Below are positions 46,788 through 55,441 of a DNA stretch of 64,000 nucleotides, piece after piece; position 1 is the first letter of the stretch; every line of letters begins with the position of its first letter. The DNA is from a virus. A model generated the notes under the pieces. That model did not search any database, was not told where the DNA came from, and saw only the letters and a program-made list of their open reading frames with translations. Location of the stretch: the IMG/VR virus record IMGVR_UViG_3300012936_000008, positions 1 to 64,000 of that record; one strand, written 5' to 3'. A program made the translations under genes and the position numbers.

Positions 46788-49700
46788 TTAAAAGTCCTCG
46801 GGATTCTTTGCGCCATTGAACAAATTGTCTACATCAGTAGAGAAATCTGAGATTTTTGAGTCAAGTGTCTCTTCATAATCGAAATCTTCGTCATAAAATT
46901 TCTTCCAGGTATCATCTTCAAACTGAATGTCACTAATTTTATCAAATTTACCCTTCTTGTACTGCTTCTGCAACAGTTTTTTGTCGCCAGGGTCGTAAGA
47001 AGAGTTGTGAACCTTGCGATCTGGTATCGGTGGGTTGGGTTGAACCACCTCATTACGCTCATCGAAGATGCCACCACCACATTCATCGAAGAATGGGTTG
47101 CCCATATTACGTGCAGTCTGTCCAAATGCAATAGTAGCACCCGTACTCCAATTCTTAATACCCATAGTTCCTGAGTATGGACCCATCATGATACCAAGTT
47201 GGTTCATTAACTGAGGGTCAATAGCGATAGACAAGTCATTGACATACTCTAACGCGAACTCATTAGCGGGAGATGCGGATCCACTACCACCACCATAGAT
47301 GATTCTGTATACGTACGACAGAGTATACCAGCAGGCACCACCACCGAAGTAACCTTGCATCGATGTACCGAACCCATTGTAGACTCCCTGCCTGTTCTCA
47401 CCAGGATCTTCCCAGAAAGTATATCCAGGAGATCTGCCCTGAGTCTGGGCATTACCGCTTCCCTGAGGATAATACGCTGAATAGACATCAAGTACCCCAT
47501 CGGGGTTTCCATCGCCCTGTGAGCGCCTTACATAGGTGTCCCAGCACTCTTCTGCTGGCATACCGTTAGACAGTCGTTTGATCGATGCTGTATAGAACGG
47601 AGGAGTTGTATAGGTAGCACCAGCACCACCAGACGGACCAATGTATTCAGGGTCGGTAGGTGGCAGACCATTACCAGGATCAGTGGTCGTAGGAGTTGTA
47701 TAGTTCGTTGCAGTTCTTTCTCTGTATGATGCAATGTTCTCACCTAACCAAACTTTCAACTGTTCCATTTCATTATCACCGATGACATTACCATCATCAT
47801 CTTTGATAGTGTTCTCCCAGTCGAAAGTGTTCTCGTCCAAACCAACAGGAACGAAGACAACATCATTACCACCAGAGGGATCCCAGTAGCAGCGACCTTC
47901 GATCTCACCACCTGCTGCTGCAAGGTTACGAGTACATTTCCAACAGTTCTTTGGATCATTGTCAACAACAACTTCTCTTGGTTGTGTCAGTGTAGGTTGT
48001 GGGAGGTTATGTAAGAACTCCATAAACTCTTCACCGACCTTACCCTTAGTTCTACCACGAACAGAGAGGTTGACTTTGAAGTGACCGTTGTCTGACTTAG
48101 AACCACAATACTTATAGACGATCCATCCGAATGCCCTACCAGTCTCTCTATCAATATACGGACAGGGGAGATCTTTGAATCGTGTGACGTTATAGAACTT
48201 AGGTTGTGGGATAGAAATACATTCGTTGCCTGAGTTCCAACCATACAGGTCAGACAATCTCTCATGAACTCTGTCTGCCTCAGCACCAGCATTCAGTGCC
48301 TGATTGTATTCCACATTGTACATATCTCTAAACGGTTCAACGTTTGAGATCAATGCTTTCAAATCCTTGAAGTCAGGGATTGCCTTACCAACTAGTTGTG
48401 GCATTCTGATCTTGACACAAGATGCAGGGATAGGACTACACAACTGAGTCTGTTCGATTTCATCAACCTGACCCACTTTGATATATCCTGTGGGGTACTT
48501 GGCATTGAAACCATTCATCATGGTTTGCATAGAACCAATAGTACCGTCGTCTAGAACACTAAGTTGTGACTTCTTCAAATCAGACTGCTGCCTGACTACA
48601 TCTTTCAGAGTCTTGCGCTTTGCCTTTGCTGATTCTACTCTACCCTTATCATTAATGTCACCACCTGAGATACTAAAATCATTAGACTTAGGTGACACAG
48701 TATCTTTATAGACTTCCTGCGCTTTCTTGGTATTAGGACCGCGCATCCGATACTCTTCCTCTTCTAGTTCTACAACAAAGATTCTAGGAGGGTTGTTGGG
48801 ATCAGGATCATAACCACGACCTCTATTCTTAATAGTGATTTCTAGGATAGAACCATTACCGTCTATCTTAGAAATTTCCAACTCAGCAGCTTTCATGTTC
48901 TGCTTACGACGGTCTTCACTACTAGAAGTTTTCAGTTCCTTCTCAGATGCTTTAATAACTGCCAGGACGGTTTTCTCCTCATCCTGGTCCATACCTTCGA
49001 TTTTAATTTTTGAGTTCTTTGCGTAAGGATAGTCTTCCTGACGCTCCTGCATATTTTTCTTGAAGTCCTTCTTCAAGGTAGACTTTGTATTCTTCTTGAT
49101 TCTCTTGAAGTTGAAGTTATAGTCTTCACCGTCATAGTTTTCTAGTTTGTTCGTTGGTGATCTGAATCTAGGAACTTCGTACTCCATCTGACTCACGACT
49201 TCCCTAGTCATATCCATAGCAGCATACTCATTCAAGATAACAGGATCTTGAATCACAATTTGCGGGTTCCTATATCCGAATCCCGCATTGTCAATCCTGA
49301 CACTTTGAATCCTGCCGCGCTCATTGACAGTACAAGATACCTCTGCCTGGTCAAGAGTCTTACTGTGTACCAGTGCAGTCTTATCAATCTCTACTTTGTA
49401 GTAACTAAGTTGTTTGGGGAACTCATATACACCAAAGAATCCCGCACGATCCTTTACACCGAACCCAGCAATGATCTCAATCTGTGCAGCGTCCTTACCT
49501 TTTGGTGTAAAGATCTGTCCAGCAGTGAACTTACGCCCTCTGCCAGTCAACTCCATGTAACCACAGCGGAGTTTATTACCAAAGTATCCGTGCTCACCGA
49601 TCTCCCATCCGTTAATAGTGTCACCTTGCTGGTATCTGTCCAGTCCACCAGTGATATAGCGGAACAGAATCGTAGTAGATTCCGTATCCACAGTCTTAAA

Positions 49701-51254
49701 ACAGTTCTCTACATCACCATCTGCGAAGTTGGTCAGTGTAAGTGAGGTATTAGTTGTCTTCCAGGAGTCAGGTCTGATCTCATAGAAGTGTGAGTGATAC
49801 TCTTTTGTGACATATTGCTCGTCACACACGCACTGGTCATCGTATTCATCACCAGTACCGATACTTCTGTTCGGACATTGGTTCCTATCACTGATAGAAT
49901 ACTGTACTGAGAAGATAGGACCCTTCCATGGGTACGTAGTATTGTACACATAGTATACAAACTGCGAGTCAAATGCCGTATGGAATTCCAAATACTTCGG
50001 TACAGCACCTTTGACTCCGCCGTTCTTACCGTAGATCCACTCAAAGTACGCATCACGATTCAGTAGTGGACAGTAGTCAGGGTGTCCCCAGCGGAAATCT
50101 GGTTTACCATTGCTACCTTTGTAACTTGCTGCGTAGGATCCGCTATACCTATTCTGTCGGAAAGTAGTAGGTGACCAGATTGCCTGACCATATGCATCAT
50201 ATAATTTCAGTCCACCGTTACCTGCATCAAACTGTGCCTCATAATTCTCATGCACATAGACAGCAGCAGTCGTTCCTCCGTTAGAGTAGTGTCCAGCAAG
50301 GTCAGGTTCTTCCCAGTCATACCATCCAGAGCGGGTGGCATAGTCAACTGGTGAGGAATATCCAATAGGACCGATCAGTCCTTTGTCTTCGTATACTCTT
50401 CTATTACCAGATCCTGAGTCTTGTGTGAACACATACCCAACAATACCCACATAGTCATACTCTTCATCGCGGGGATCCTTACAATCAGGTACACCAGACA
50501 CACCACGTTCTAGGTTGACTTCCCCAGCAGGGTTAGCAGTATAGAAGTGATCCCTCTGTGATGTACTACTACTCTTGTAATACTCATACAAAGGTACTGC
50601 TGTCTCATTAGTGTCCGCATACTCTTGTGCATCTGCTAGTGTATTAAACACATAACCGATGATCTCAATATACACATACCCACTACCAGGACCCCCAGAG
50701 GAGGACGCAGGGTTGTACTCGTTATTGTTTGCTACTAACCATGTATCATTCTTATCATTCTCGTACCAATGGTGCAGTGCCTTGGTCTTACCAGGTTTAG
50801 CAGTTCGCGCACAAAAGAATACAGGAGAACCATTGCGGGGTTCTGCATTATATGATTTCTTTACACCACCACTTGTAGGTCCAGTCTGCTCACCTGTGAA
50901 GTCAGTAGGCCAACGTAATGTCTGTCTAGGGGTATACTTATGATCCTTACCGCCCCTATACCAACGGTAGATAGGTTGTCTTGTATAGTCGCACTCGTCT
51001 AGTTCAATCCCTGTCCCATCAGGATCAAAACATTGTTCGTCATTGTCTCCGATATAATATACACGATCACTTGCAAACACAGCAGTTCCAGGACCATCAT
51101 CGTTAAAGGTGATCCTGTAATTAGTGCCTGGTCCTGAATGATGAGCATGACTTTCATAGTCTCCGTTAGAGGGACGTTGCCATGTCTTCTTGTATTCCCC
51201 TCCATCATCGACGTTAGGGAAACTCCGACCAGTTTCATTAATAAAAATTGCCAT
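46788..51254 (-). CDS. Large hypothetical, probably virion protein (1488 aa)
   Basis: Long ORF coupled into the baseplate operon; N-terminal P(I/L)Y.(W/Y)Y...DH.YT repeats (DUF5648-like) and two 'GxGY..P' baseplate-type repeats. Confidence 0.85.
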   Translation of the reverse strand: MAIFINETGRSFPNVDDGGEYKKTWQRPSNGDYESHAHHSGPGTNYRITFNDDGPGTAVFASDRVYYIGDNDEQCFDPDGTGIELDECDYTRQPIYRWYRGGKDHKYTPRQTLRWPTDFTGEQTGPTSGGVKKSYNAEPRNGSPVFFCARTAKPGKTKALHHWYENDKNDTWLVANNNEYNPASSSGGPGSGYVYIEIIGYVFNTLADAQEYADTNETAVPLYEYYKSSSTSQRDHFYTANPAGEVNLERGVSGVPDCKDPRDEEYDYVGIVGYVFTQDSGSGNRRVYEDKGLIGPIGYSSPVDYATRSGWYDWEEPDLAGHYSNGGTTAAVYVHENYEAQFDAGNGGLKLYDAYGQAIWSPTTFRQNRYSGSYAASYKGSNGKPDFRWGHPDYCPLLNRDAYFEWIYGKNGGVKGAVPKYLEFHTAFDSQFVYYVYNTTYPWKGPIFSVQYSISDRNQCPNRSIGTGDEYDDQCVCDEQYVTKEYHSHFYEIRPDSWKTTNTSLTLTNFADGDVENCFKTVDTESTTILFRYITGGLDRYQQGDTINGWEIGEHGYFGNKLRCGYMELTGRGRKFTAGQIFTPKGKDAAQIEIIAGFGVKDRAGFFGVYEFPKQLSYYKVEIDKTALVHSKTLDQAEVSCTVNERGRIQSVRIDNAGFGYRNPQIVIQDPVILNEYAAMDMTREVVSQMEYEVPRFRSPTNKLENYDGEDYNFNFKRIKKNTKSTLKKDFKKNMQERQEDYPYAKNSKIKIEGMDQDEEKTVLAVIKASEKELKTSSSEDRRKQNMKAAELEISKIDGNGSILEITIKNRGRGYDPDPNNPPRIFVVELEEEEYRMRGPNTKKAQEVYKDTVSPKSNDFSISGGDINDKGRVESAKAKRKTLKDVVRQQSDLKKSQLSVLDDGTIGSMQTMMNGFNAKYPTGYIKVGQVDEIEQTQLCSPIPASCVKIRMPQLVGKAIPDFKDLKALISNVEPFRDMYNVEYNQALNAGAEADRVHERLSDLYGWNSGNECISIPQPKFYNVTRFKDLPCPYIDRETGRAFGWIVYKYCGSKSDNGHFKVNLSVRGRTKGKVGEEFMEFLHNLPQPTLTQPREVVVDNDPKNCWKCTRNLAAAGGEIEGRCYWDPSGGNDVVFVPVGLDENTFDWENTIKDDDGNVIGDNEMEQLKVWLGENIASYRERTATNYTTPTTTDPGNGLPPTDPEYIGPSGGAGATYTTPPFYTASIKRLSNGMPAEECWDTYVRRSQGDGNPDGVLDVYSAYYPQGSGNAQTQGRSPGYTFWEDPGENRQGVYNGFGTSMQGYFGGGACWYTLSYVYRIIYGGGSGSASPANEFALEYVNDLSIAIDPQLMNQLGIMMGPYSGTMGIKNWSTGATIAFGQTARNMGNPFFDECGGGIFDERNEVVQPNPPIPDRKVHNSSYDPGDKKLLQKQYKKGKFDKISDIQFEDDTWKKFYDEDFDYEETLDSKISDFSTDVDNLFNGAKNPEDF

Positions 51255-51502
51255 TAAGGTTCTAGGACTTTTATGCGCTCTTCCAACATATTTAGACGCA
51301 CATACAGATCATCAAAGAGTTGTTTGATGTTCAGATAGTCCTGATACCCCTCAGGTTTGTACTTAATCATATCCGCCCCTGGTTGAGGCATCCGCCCTAT
51401 CGCTTTCTCTACGGTACTTAGACGACCACTCAGGTTCTCCATGCCCTTTGCAATCATCTCCATGTGCTCCTTGTATACATCAAGGAATTCAGTGTCGTTC
51501 AT
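51254..51502 (-). CDS. Hypothetical protein (82 aa)
   Basis: TAATG-coupled to the 1488-aa gene; coiled-coil-like. Confidence 0.75.
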   Translation of the reverse strand: MNDTEFLDVYKEHMEMIAKGMENLSGRLSTVEKAIGRMPQPGADMIKYKPEGYQDYLNIKQLFDDLYVRLNMLEERIKVLEP

Positions 51503-51534
51503 AGTTTAATCTCTCAGGGTTCGACGCGGTTTTT

Positions 51535-51702
51535 TCAAGCGTCTTCGGATTTTTTTAGAATAATAGATCCATCTATATCCTCACTCCATTCTAACATGGT
51601 GCCCTCATGCCATCCTAACTCATCTATTAGTTCCTCAGGCAGGGTGATGAAACAGTTATCTTCATCGTCTACCTCTACTGGTAGTGTGAATCTCTTCGAC
51701 AT
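51535..51702 (-). CDS. AbrB/MazE-like swapped-hairpin DNA-binding protein (55 aa; not in ORF track)
   Basis: MSKRFTLPVEVDDEDNCFITLPEELIDELGWHEGTMLEWSEDIDGSIILKKSEDA*; I.LP.E....LGW.EG..LE......I.L fits the SpoVT/AbrB pattern. Confidence 0.75.
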   Translation of the reverse strand: MSKRFTLPVEVDDEDNCFITLPEELIDELGWHEGTMLEWSEDIDGSIILKKSEDA

Positions 51703-51715
51703 ACGCTTTGTGCTA

Positions 51716-52261
51716 CTATGATTCTATATAGGGTCTGATATTTTTACGATGTTTCAACCGTAACACTACCTCTGTATTATCACACCAATACTGTTGTCGG
51801 ATGATATCGGTTACCTGGGATAATTCATGTGCAGGGTGGTGTAACATAAATCCATCTCCGAGGTATATACCACAGTGATTGCATGTTTTCCCCTCCTTCC
51901 AAGAATAACCGCCTTCTAGGCGGTCCAGGAACAGTCTCATGATCATTACGTCCCCTACCTCAAAGTTATCGATGGGGGTGGTTTCCCATAGAGATCCTTT
52001 GTAGACTGTGATAGCGCCCCCCTGCCTCTGCACCTCCTCTTCGATTAACTGAGGTTGAAACAAATACTTTCTTTGTGCTGGGTAGTCAAACAGATCCCTA
52101 CCATAGTAATGATTGTAAAACTCTCGGACGATCTGGTAACACCCTCCCAGACTCTTGCCCTTGAAGGCACGAGGCCAGGGGCGACCTACCCACTCCTTCC
52201 AGACCTCTGCAACCTCATAGTTATATGGGCGGCGATCATCTGGAAGGTTGCTGTGAGACAT
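51716..52261 (-). CDS. NlpC/P60-family protein (lambda tail assembly K-like)
   Basis: WVGRPW...GGCYQIVREFY and NHCGIYLGDGFMLHH give a Cys-His-His catalytic layout. Confidence 0.8.
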   Translation of the reverse strand: MSHSNLPDDRRPYNYEVAEVWKEWVGRPWPRAFKGKSLGGCYQIVREFYNHYYGRDLFDYPAQRKYLFQPQLIEEEVQRQGGAITVYKGSLWETTPIDNFEVGDVMIMRLFLDRLEGGYSWKEGKTCNHCGIYLGDGFMLHHPAHELSQVTDIIRQQYWCDNTEVVLRLKHRKNIRPYIES

Positions 52262-52430
52262 AGTGAAATGTATGTGAGTTCATCCCTGAGGGAGATGTTT
52301 TTACCTGGGAAATTTTTTGTGGGTGGGGGAAACGGAAACATGAATAATATCTCGACCGCTCTGGGATACTGTTATAGCTTAGACAATAGGTACTTTTTAA
52401 TATACGGTTACTGTCATTTAGTGGGACAGA

Positions 52431-52625
52431 TTAACTGTCCCCAGTAACAACATCATAACAGTATCCTTCCATGATTAGGTAGTCACACCACTGTGTATAT
52501 TGTGTGAGTTGTTCATTCAAACCAGTGTCAATCAGGAACTGTGCTAGATCAATTTGTTCATCAGGTGGTAGACTACCAGCATCATAAAGATCTAGCAGAG
52601 TTTCATACTTAGCGGGGATACTCAT
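52431..52625 (-). CDS. Hypothetical protein (64 aa)
   Basis: ATGA-coupled in a chain of small genes. Confidence 0.7.
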   Translation of the reverse strand: MSIPAKYETLLDLYDAGSLPPDEQIDLAQFLIDTGLNEQLTQYTQWCDYLIMEGYCYDVVTGDS

Positions 52626-52789
52626 TGTGATGAATAGCGGAGTGAGTCTGTGAGTGCTTGTTGATAGTTAGTGAAGGGACCATACTTAGGACAACCGTCG
52701 TAATCGTATCGCCAAAAGTGTTTACGACGGTCCTCCCAGATCTGTACACTAACAGGGGGATTAGTATCGAGTTTAATACTTTTACTCAT
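52622..52789 (-). CDS. Hypothetical protein (55 aa; not in ORF track)
   Basis: MSKSIKLDTNPPVSVQIWEDRRKHFWRYDYDGCPKYGPFTNYQQALTDSLRYSSQ*; ATGA overlaps at both ends. Confidence 0.75.
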   Translation of the reverse strand: MSKSIKLDTNPPVSVQIWEDRRKHFWRYDYDGCPKYGPFTNYQQALTDSLRYSSQ

Positions 52790-52911
52790 TGTACATCACT
52801 GGGGTGGGTGTTGTCAATCGTCTCGTAATACATGTCCTCATAATCTAACCCGTCATCATCATCACTGTCTAGGATGTCATCGATCCAGTCAGTCTGTGGA
52901 ATTTCATTCAT
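52786..52911 (-). CDS. Very acidic micro-protein (41 aa)
   Basis: MNEIPQTDWIDDILDSDDDDGLDYEDMYYETIDNTHPSDVQ. Start at 52911 overlaps the stop of the upstream gene; the track start at 53007 looks over-extended. Confidence 0.65.
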   Translation of the reverse strand: MNEIPQTDWIDDILDSDDDDGLDYEDMYYETIDNTHPSDVQ

Positions 52912-53080
52912 AGTCTTCTGGGTTGAATCGTTGGTTTGATTGGTGTTTCCTTGTGGAAAAGTCTGTGGAATTGTCATCAGTGTAGCGGCGAGAATCGTTG
53001 CCTCCATACTGTCGTTTTTCCCTAATAGATTTGGGGCGACGAGAGTTATGCAGGTCGTTTCGTTTGTAAGTCCTACCCAT
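52904..53080 (-). CDS. Small basic early protein (58 aa; not in ORF track)
   Basis: MGRTYKRNDLHNSRRPKSIREKRQYGGNDSRRYTDDNSTDFSTRKHQSNQRFNPEDYE*; first ORF after the promoter at 53119-53147. Confidence 0.75.
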   Translation of the reverse strand: MGRTYKRNDLHNSRRPKSIREKRQYGGNDSRRYTDDNSTDFSTRKHQSNQRFNPEDYE

Positions 53081-53118
53081 GAGATTGGTCGATTAGTAGT
53101 CGATCAGAGAACAATGTA

Positions 53119-53147
53119 ATTATGTAGCAAACGGGCAGTTATGTCAA
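53119..53147 (-). promoter_or_regulatory. sigma70-type early promoter
   Basis: TTGACA-N17-CATAAT on the minus strand. Confidence 0.8.
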
Positions 53148-53183
53148 GGGGTTTGTGACAGTAACTGTGCCGTCCTGTGAGTG

Positions 53184-53212
53184 TTGACAAGGAGCGCGTG
53201 ATCGTATACACT
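53184..53212 (+). promoter_or_regulatory. sigma70-type promoter on the plus strand, no downstream sense ORF
   Basis: TTGACA-N17-TACACT, back-to-back with the minus-strand promoter. Confidence 0.65.
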
Positions 53213-53264
53213 CCAAGGTGACATACTTATGAGACATTAATGAGATGAATTGAACAGACAAGTA

Positions 53265-53327
53265 GATTTATTTGTATATTTAATTAATTCACAGTATTGT
53301 GGAAAACGTTCCGCAAACTGTGGAAAA
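53265..53327. other. AT-rich tract plus DnaA-box cluster (candidate origin)
   Basis: TGTGGAAAA (reverse complement TTTTCCACA) at 53298-53306 and 53319-53327, degenerate TAATTCACA and CGTTCCGCA in the opposite orientation, next to ATTTATTTGTATATTTAATTAATT. Confidence 0.55.
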
Positions 53328-53332
53328 CTGTA

Positions 53333-53959
53333 TCAAACTGGGATAACATTAAAGGTGAGGGCAACTCTATTATCTGAGGGATTTGATTCATATCCATGGG
53401 TAAGATTTGATGGATAGATGAGAACATCACCCTGAGAGTAAGGAACTGTTGCCTCTTGTAAGTTGAATGCGGTCATTGTTTCAAATGGGAGCATCATGAC
53501 AGGGAACATTTGAGACATGACATTTCTTTTGAATTTAAGAAATGCATGTTGTTCTGGGTCGTAGTTAATGAAGAACGTAGCAGAGAATAAACAATTAGAG
53601 TGCTCGTGTGGGGCATAGATAGCACCCTTAGATGCTAGTTCAACATAACAGTCAGAGATAGCAAAGTTTGATGCATAAGAGAGACCTGATTCGTTGTGCT
53701 TTCGTGCTATGTCTAAGAAGGCAGATTTAAGATCTGGCATATCTTCTAAGATCTTATTTGTTGGTCCTATCTGTTGGACATTATGGCAGATTGCATGGCG
53801 GTCGTGGTCAACGAAATCTTCATTCTTCATCCAGTTAAGAACAGGTTGAACGAAATCTGTGAGATCGTATTTTGTAACGGGCGTCATGAATAACCCGTAA
53901 GTTTCAAACTGAACTACCTCATCGAGAGTATCAGAGAGGTTGACTGTTTTATCTGCCAT
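53333..53959 (-). CDS. 2OG-Fe(II) oxygenase (HxH type, TIGR02466-like)
   Basis: LFMTPV...PHEHSNCLFS...GDVLIYPSNLTHG...RVALTFN. Confidence 0.85.
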   Translation of the reverse strand: MADKTVNLSDTLDEVVQFETYGLFMTPVTKYDLTDFVQPVLNWMKNEDFVDHDRHAICHNVQQIGPTNKILEDMPDLKSAFLDIARKHNESGLSYASNFAISDCYVELASKGAIYAPHEHSNCLFSATFFINYDPEQHAFLKFKRNVMSQMFPVMMLPFETMTAFNLQEATVPYSQGDVLIYPSNLTHGYESNPSDNRVALTFNVIPV

Positions 53960-54028
53960 GATGTGAAGAATTGAAAGTGGTTGACGTATTATATAGTGAT
54001 GTTGATTTAAGGGGCGTTGTAGACGCTC

Positions 54029-54187
54029 TCAGCGCACTCGTAGAGCGTTGTTGATCTTCCTTTGGATGTCAGATGTGGGGCGGATAGCATCAGCGGTTGC
54101 CTCTAATCCATCTGCAATCGTGTGACGTACTTCTGGGGAGTTGTAGCAAAGGACGCCGATGATTGCAACGAGGATGAGTTTAGTCAT
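54029..54187 (-). CDS. Small protein with N-terminal hydrophobic helix (52 aa; not in ORF track)
   Basis: MTKLILVAIIGVLCYNSPEVRHTIADGLEATADAIRPTSDIQRKINNALRVR*. Confidence 0.7.
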   Translation of the reverse strand: MTKLILVAIIGVLCYNSPEVRHTIADGLEATADAIRPTSDIQRKINNALRVR

Positions 54188-54229
54188 TTGAGTGAGTGAA
54201 GATGTAGAGGAGAGAATAAAATAAAATTG

Positions 54230-54412
54230 TCATTGTAAGAGAGATGTAAATTTTATCTGTGCTGCTTCACTAATAGCAGGAAGATAACCGAGTTCTGATT
54301 GTTGATCTAGTGCGTCGAGTTGATCACTAGTTAAGTTGTGGGAGATTCTATATTCTTCCCATGCCTCATCATAACATGTTTCGTAGAGAGATTCATGATG
54401 TAAAATACTCAT
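54230..54412 (-). CDS. Hypothetical protein (60 aa)
   Basis: MSILHHESLYETCYDEAWEEY...; TGATG-coupled to the upstream gene, so start set at 54412. Confidence 0.7.
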   Translation of the reverse strand: MSILHHESLYETCYDEAWEEYRISHNLTSDQLDALDQQSELGYLPAISEAAQIKFTSLLQ

Positions 54413-54744
54413 CAACCCAACCTCATTGAAGAAAAGAAAGGAACGATTGAGACACCTTGTGCAGTGTTCATTGAGACATACCAATCAAAGTTCTTTGCAA
54501 AAACTCTATCGTTAGGTTCGCCATTCTCTTGAAGAATAGCATTAAGGCGAGACTTAGTGGTGTTGGACTGCCAACCGCCATCAAATAAGCGGATGAAACC
54601 TTCACCGATTTCTGCAATTTTGTTGCCGTGAAGTCTCACGATTGAGATCTGCTCTTCTTCGTTGAAGTGAACAGTGGTGTTGCCTGATGTCCAGTTGGTT
54701 GAATTAGCGATGGCGGTGTTCATTGCCTGCTCGATTTTACGCAT
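54412..54744 (-). CDS. Cyanophage early hypothetical protein (110 aa)
   Basis: MRKIEQAMNTAIANSTNW...LHGNKIA...DGGWQSNTTKSRLNAIL; start placed downstream of the promoter at 54805. Confidence 0.8.
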   Translation of the reverse strand: MRKIEQAMNTAIANSTNWTSGNTTVHFNEEEQISIVRLHGNKIAEIGEGFIRLFDGGWQSNTTKSRLNAILQENGEPNDRVFAKNFDWYVSMNTAQGVSIVPFFSSMRLG

Positions 54745-54804
54745 GATGTGAGGTTGAAAGGTTTGCGGCGGTGGTGGGTTTGTTTCCCCCCCTCGCTTGT
54801 TCTT

Positions 54805-54873
54805 ATTGTAGTCTATTTGGGTGCCCCTGTGAAGGGGTTTCTTGAAAATTGGGTACAGTTCGCTGACTGGCAC
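54805..54873 (-). promoter_or_regulatory. Early promoter cassette (palindrome + TTCACA-N17-TACAAT)
   Basis: GTGCCAGTCAGCGAACTGTACC at 54852-54873; hairpin CCCCT-TCAC-AGGGG over the -35. Confidence 0.75.
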
Positions 54874-54874
54874 A

Positions 54875-55177
54875 TCAGCGGTCGAATTCTCTATATTCTG
54901 CGATGTATTGTGTGACTGCTTCGTTTACATATGCTTCAATCAATTCCTTTGCTTCACATACAGTATCAGCACCGAAGATCTTTTGATAAATTGTCACGCC
55001 GTTGTTCAATTCTTGGCGCTGGTTCACACGATACTTAGGAGGATTCACGTTCCCGATGTGCTCACCGTCGAGATCTTCGGTGATAGTGAAAGAGGGATAA
55101 TCCTCGCCAGTGATCCACACTTCCTCAAAATAGTTAATTTTGTCGAGGTCGCGTTGTGATTTCTGAATGATGAGCAT
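54875..55177 (-). CDS. Hypothetical protein (100 aa)
   Basis: Clean ORF ending just before the palindrome. Confidence 0.7.
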   Translation of the reverse strand: MLIIQKSQRDLDKINYFEEVWITGEDYPSFTITEDLDGEHIGNVNPPKYRVNQRQELNNGVTIYQKIFGADTVCEAKELIEAYVNEAVTQYIAEYREFDR

Positions 55178-55212
55178 TTTAATGCGGGAGAGTTGTTGTA
55201 TATATGCGGAGA

Positions 55213-55386
55213 TTATTGACCGTTCAGGAACTCATGCAGCGCCTCATCATAGTCTTGCTTTGTTTCATATGTGCGACCATGGATTGTGCGCGGATAAGTT
55301 GCATCAAGTCCCGCAGATGCTACCATCATGCAGTCTGCACGATCATAACCCATTTCAACTAGATTTTCGACGTAAGGATTGTTCAT
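55213..55386 (-). CDS. Hypothetical protein (~57 aa; alternative start 55449)
   Basis: MNNPYVENLVEMGYDRADC...IHGRTYETKQDYDEAL. Confidence 0.65.
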   Translation of the reverse strand: MNNPYVENLVEMGYDRADCMMVASAGLDATYPRTIHGRTYETKQDYDEALHEFLNGQ

Positions 55387-55441
55387 GTTTGGTTTGTAGA
55401 TAGTGAGAGAGTTTAGTGAGTCGTTGATGTTATCGAATAGA

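Noticed and set aside
52895-52972. Further TGTGGAAAA / TGTGGAATT copies
   Set aside because: They fall inside coding sequence and may be incidental, so they are not counted in the DnaA-box cluster. Proximity is noted.
54852-54873. Palindrome as a canonical NtcA, CRP or Pho box
   Set aside because: It does not consistently match GTA-N8-TAC, TGTGA-N6-TCACA or tandem Pho direct repeats.
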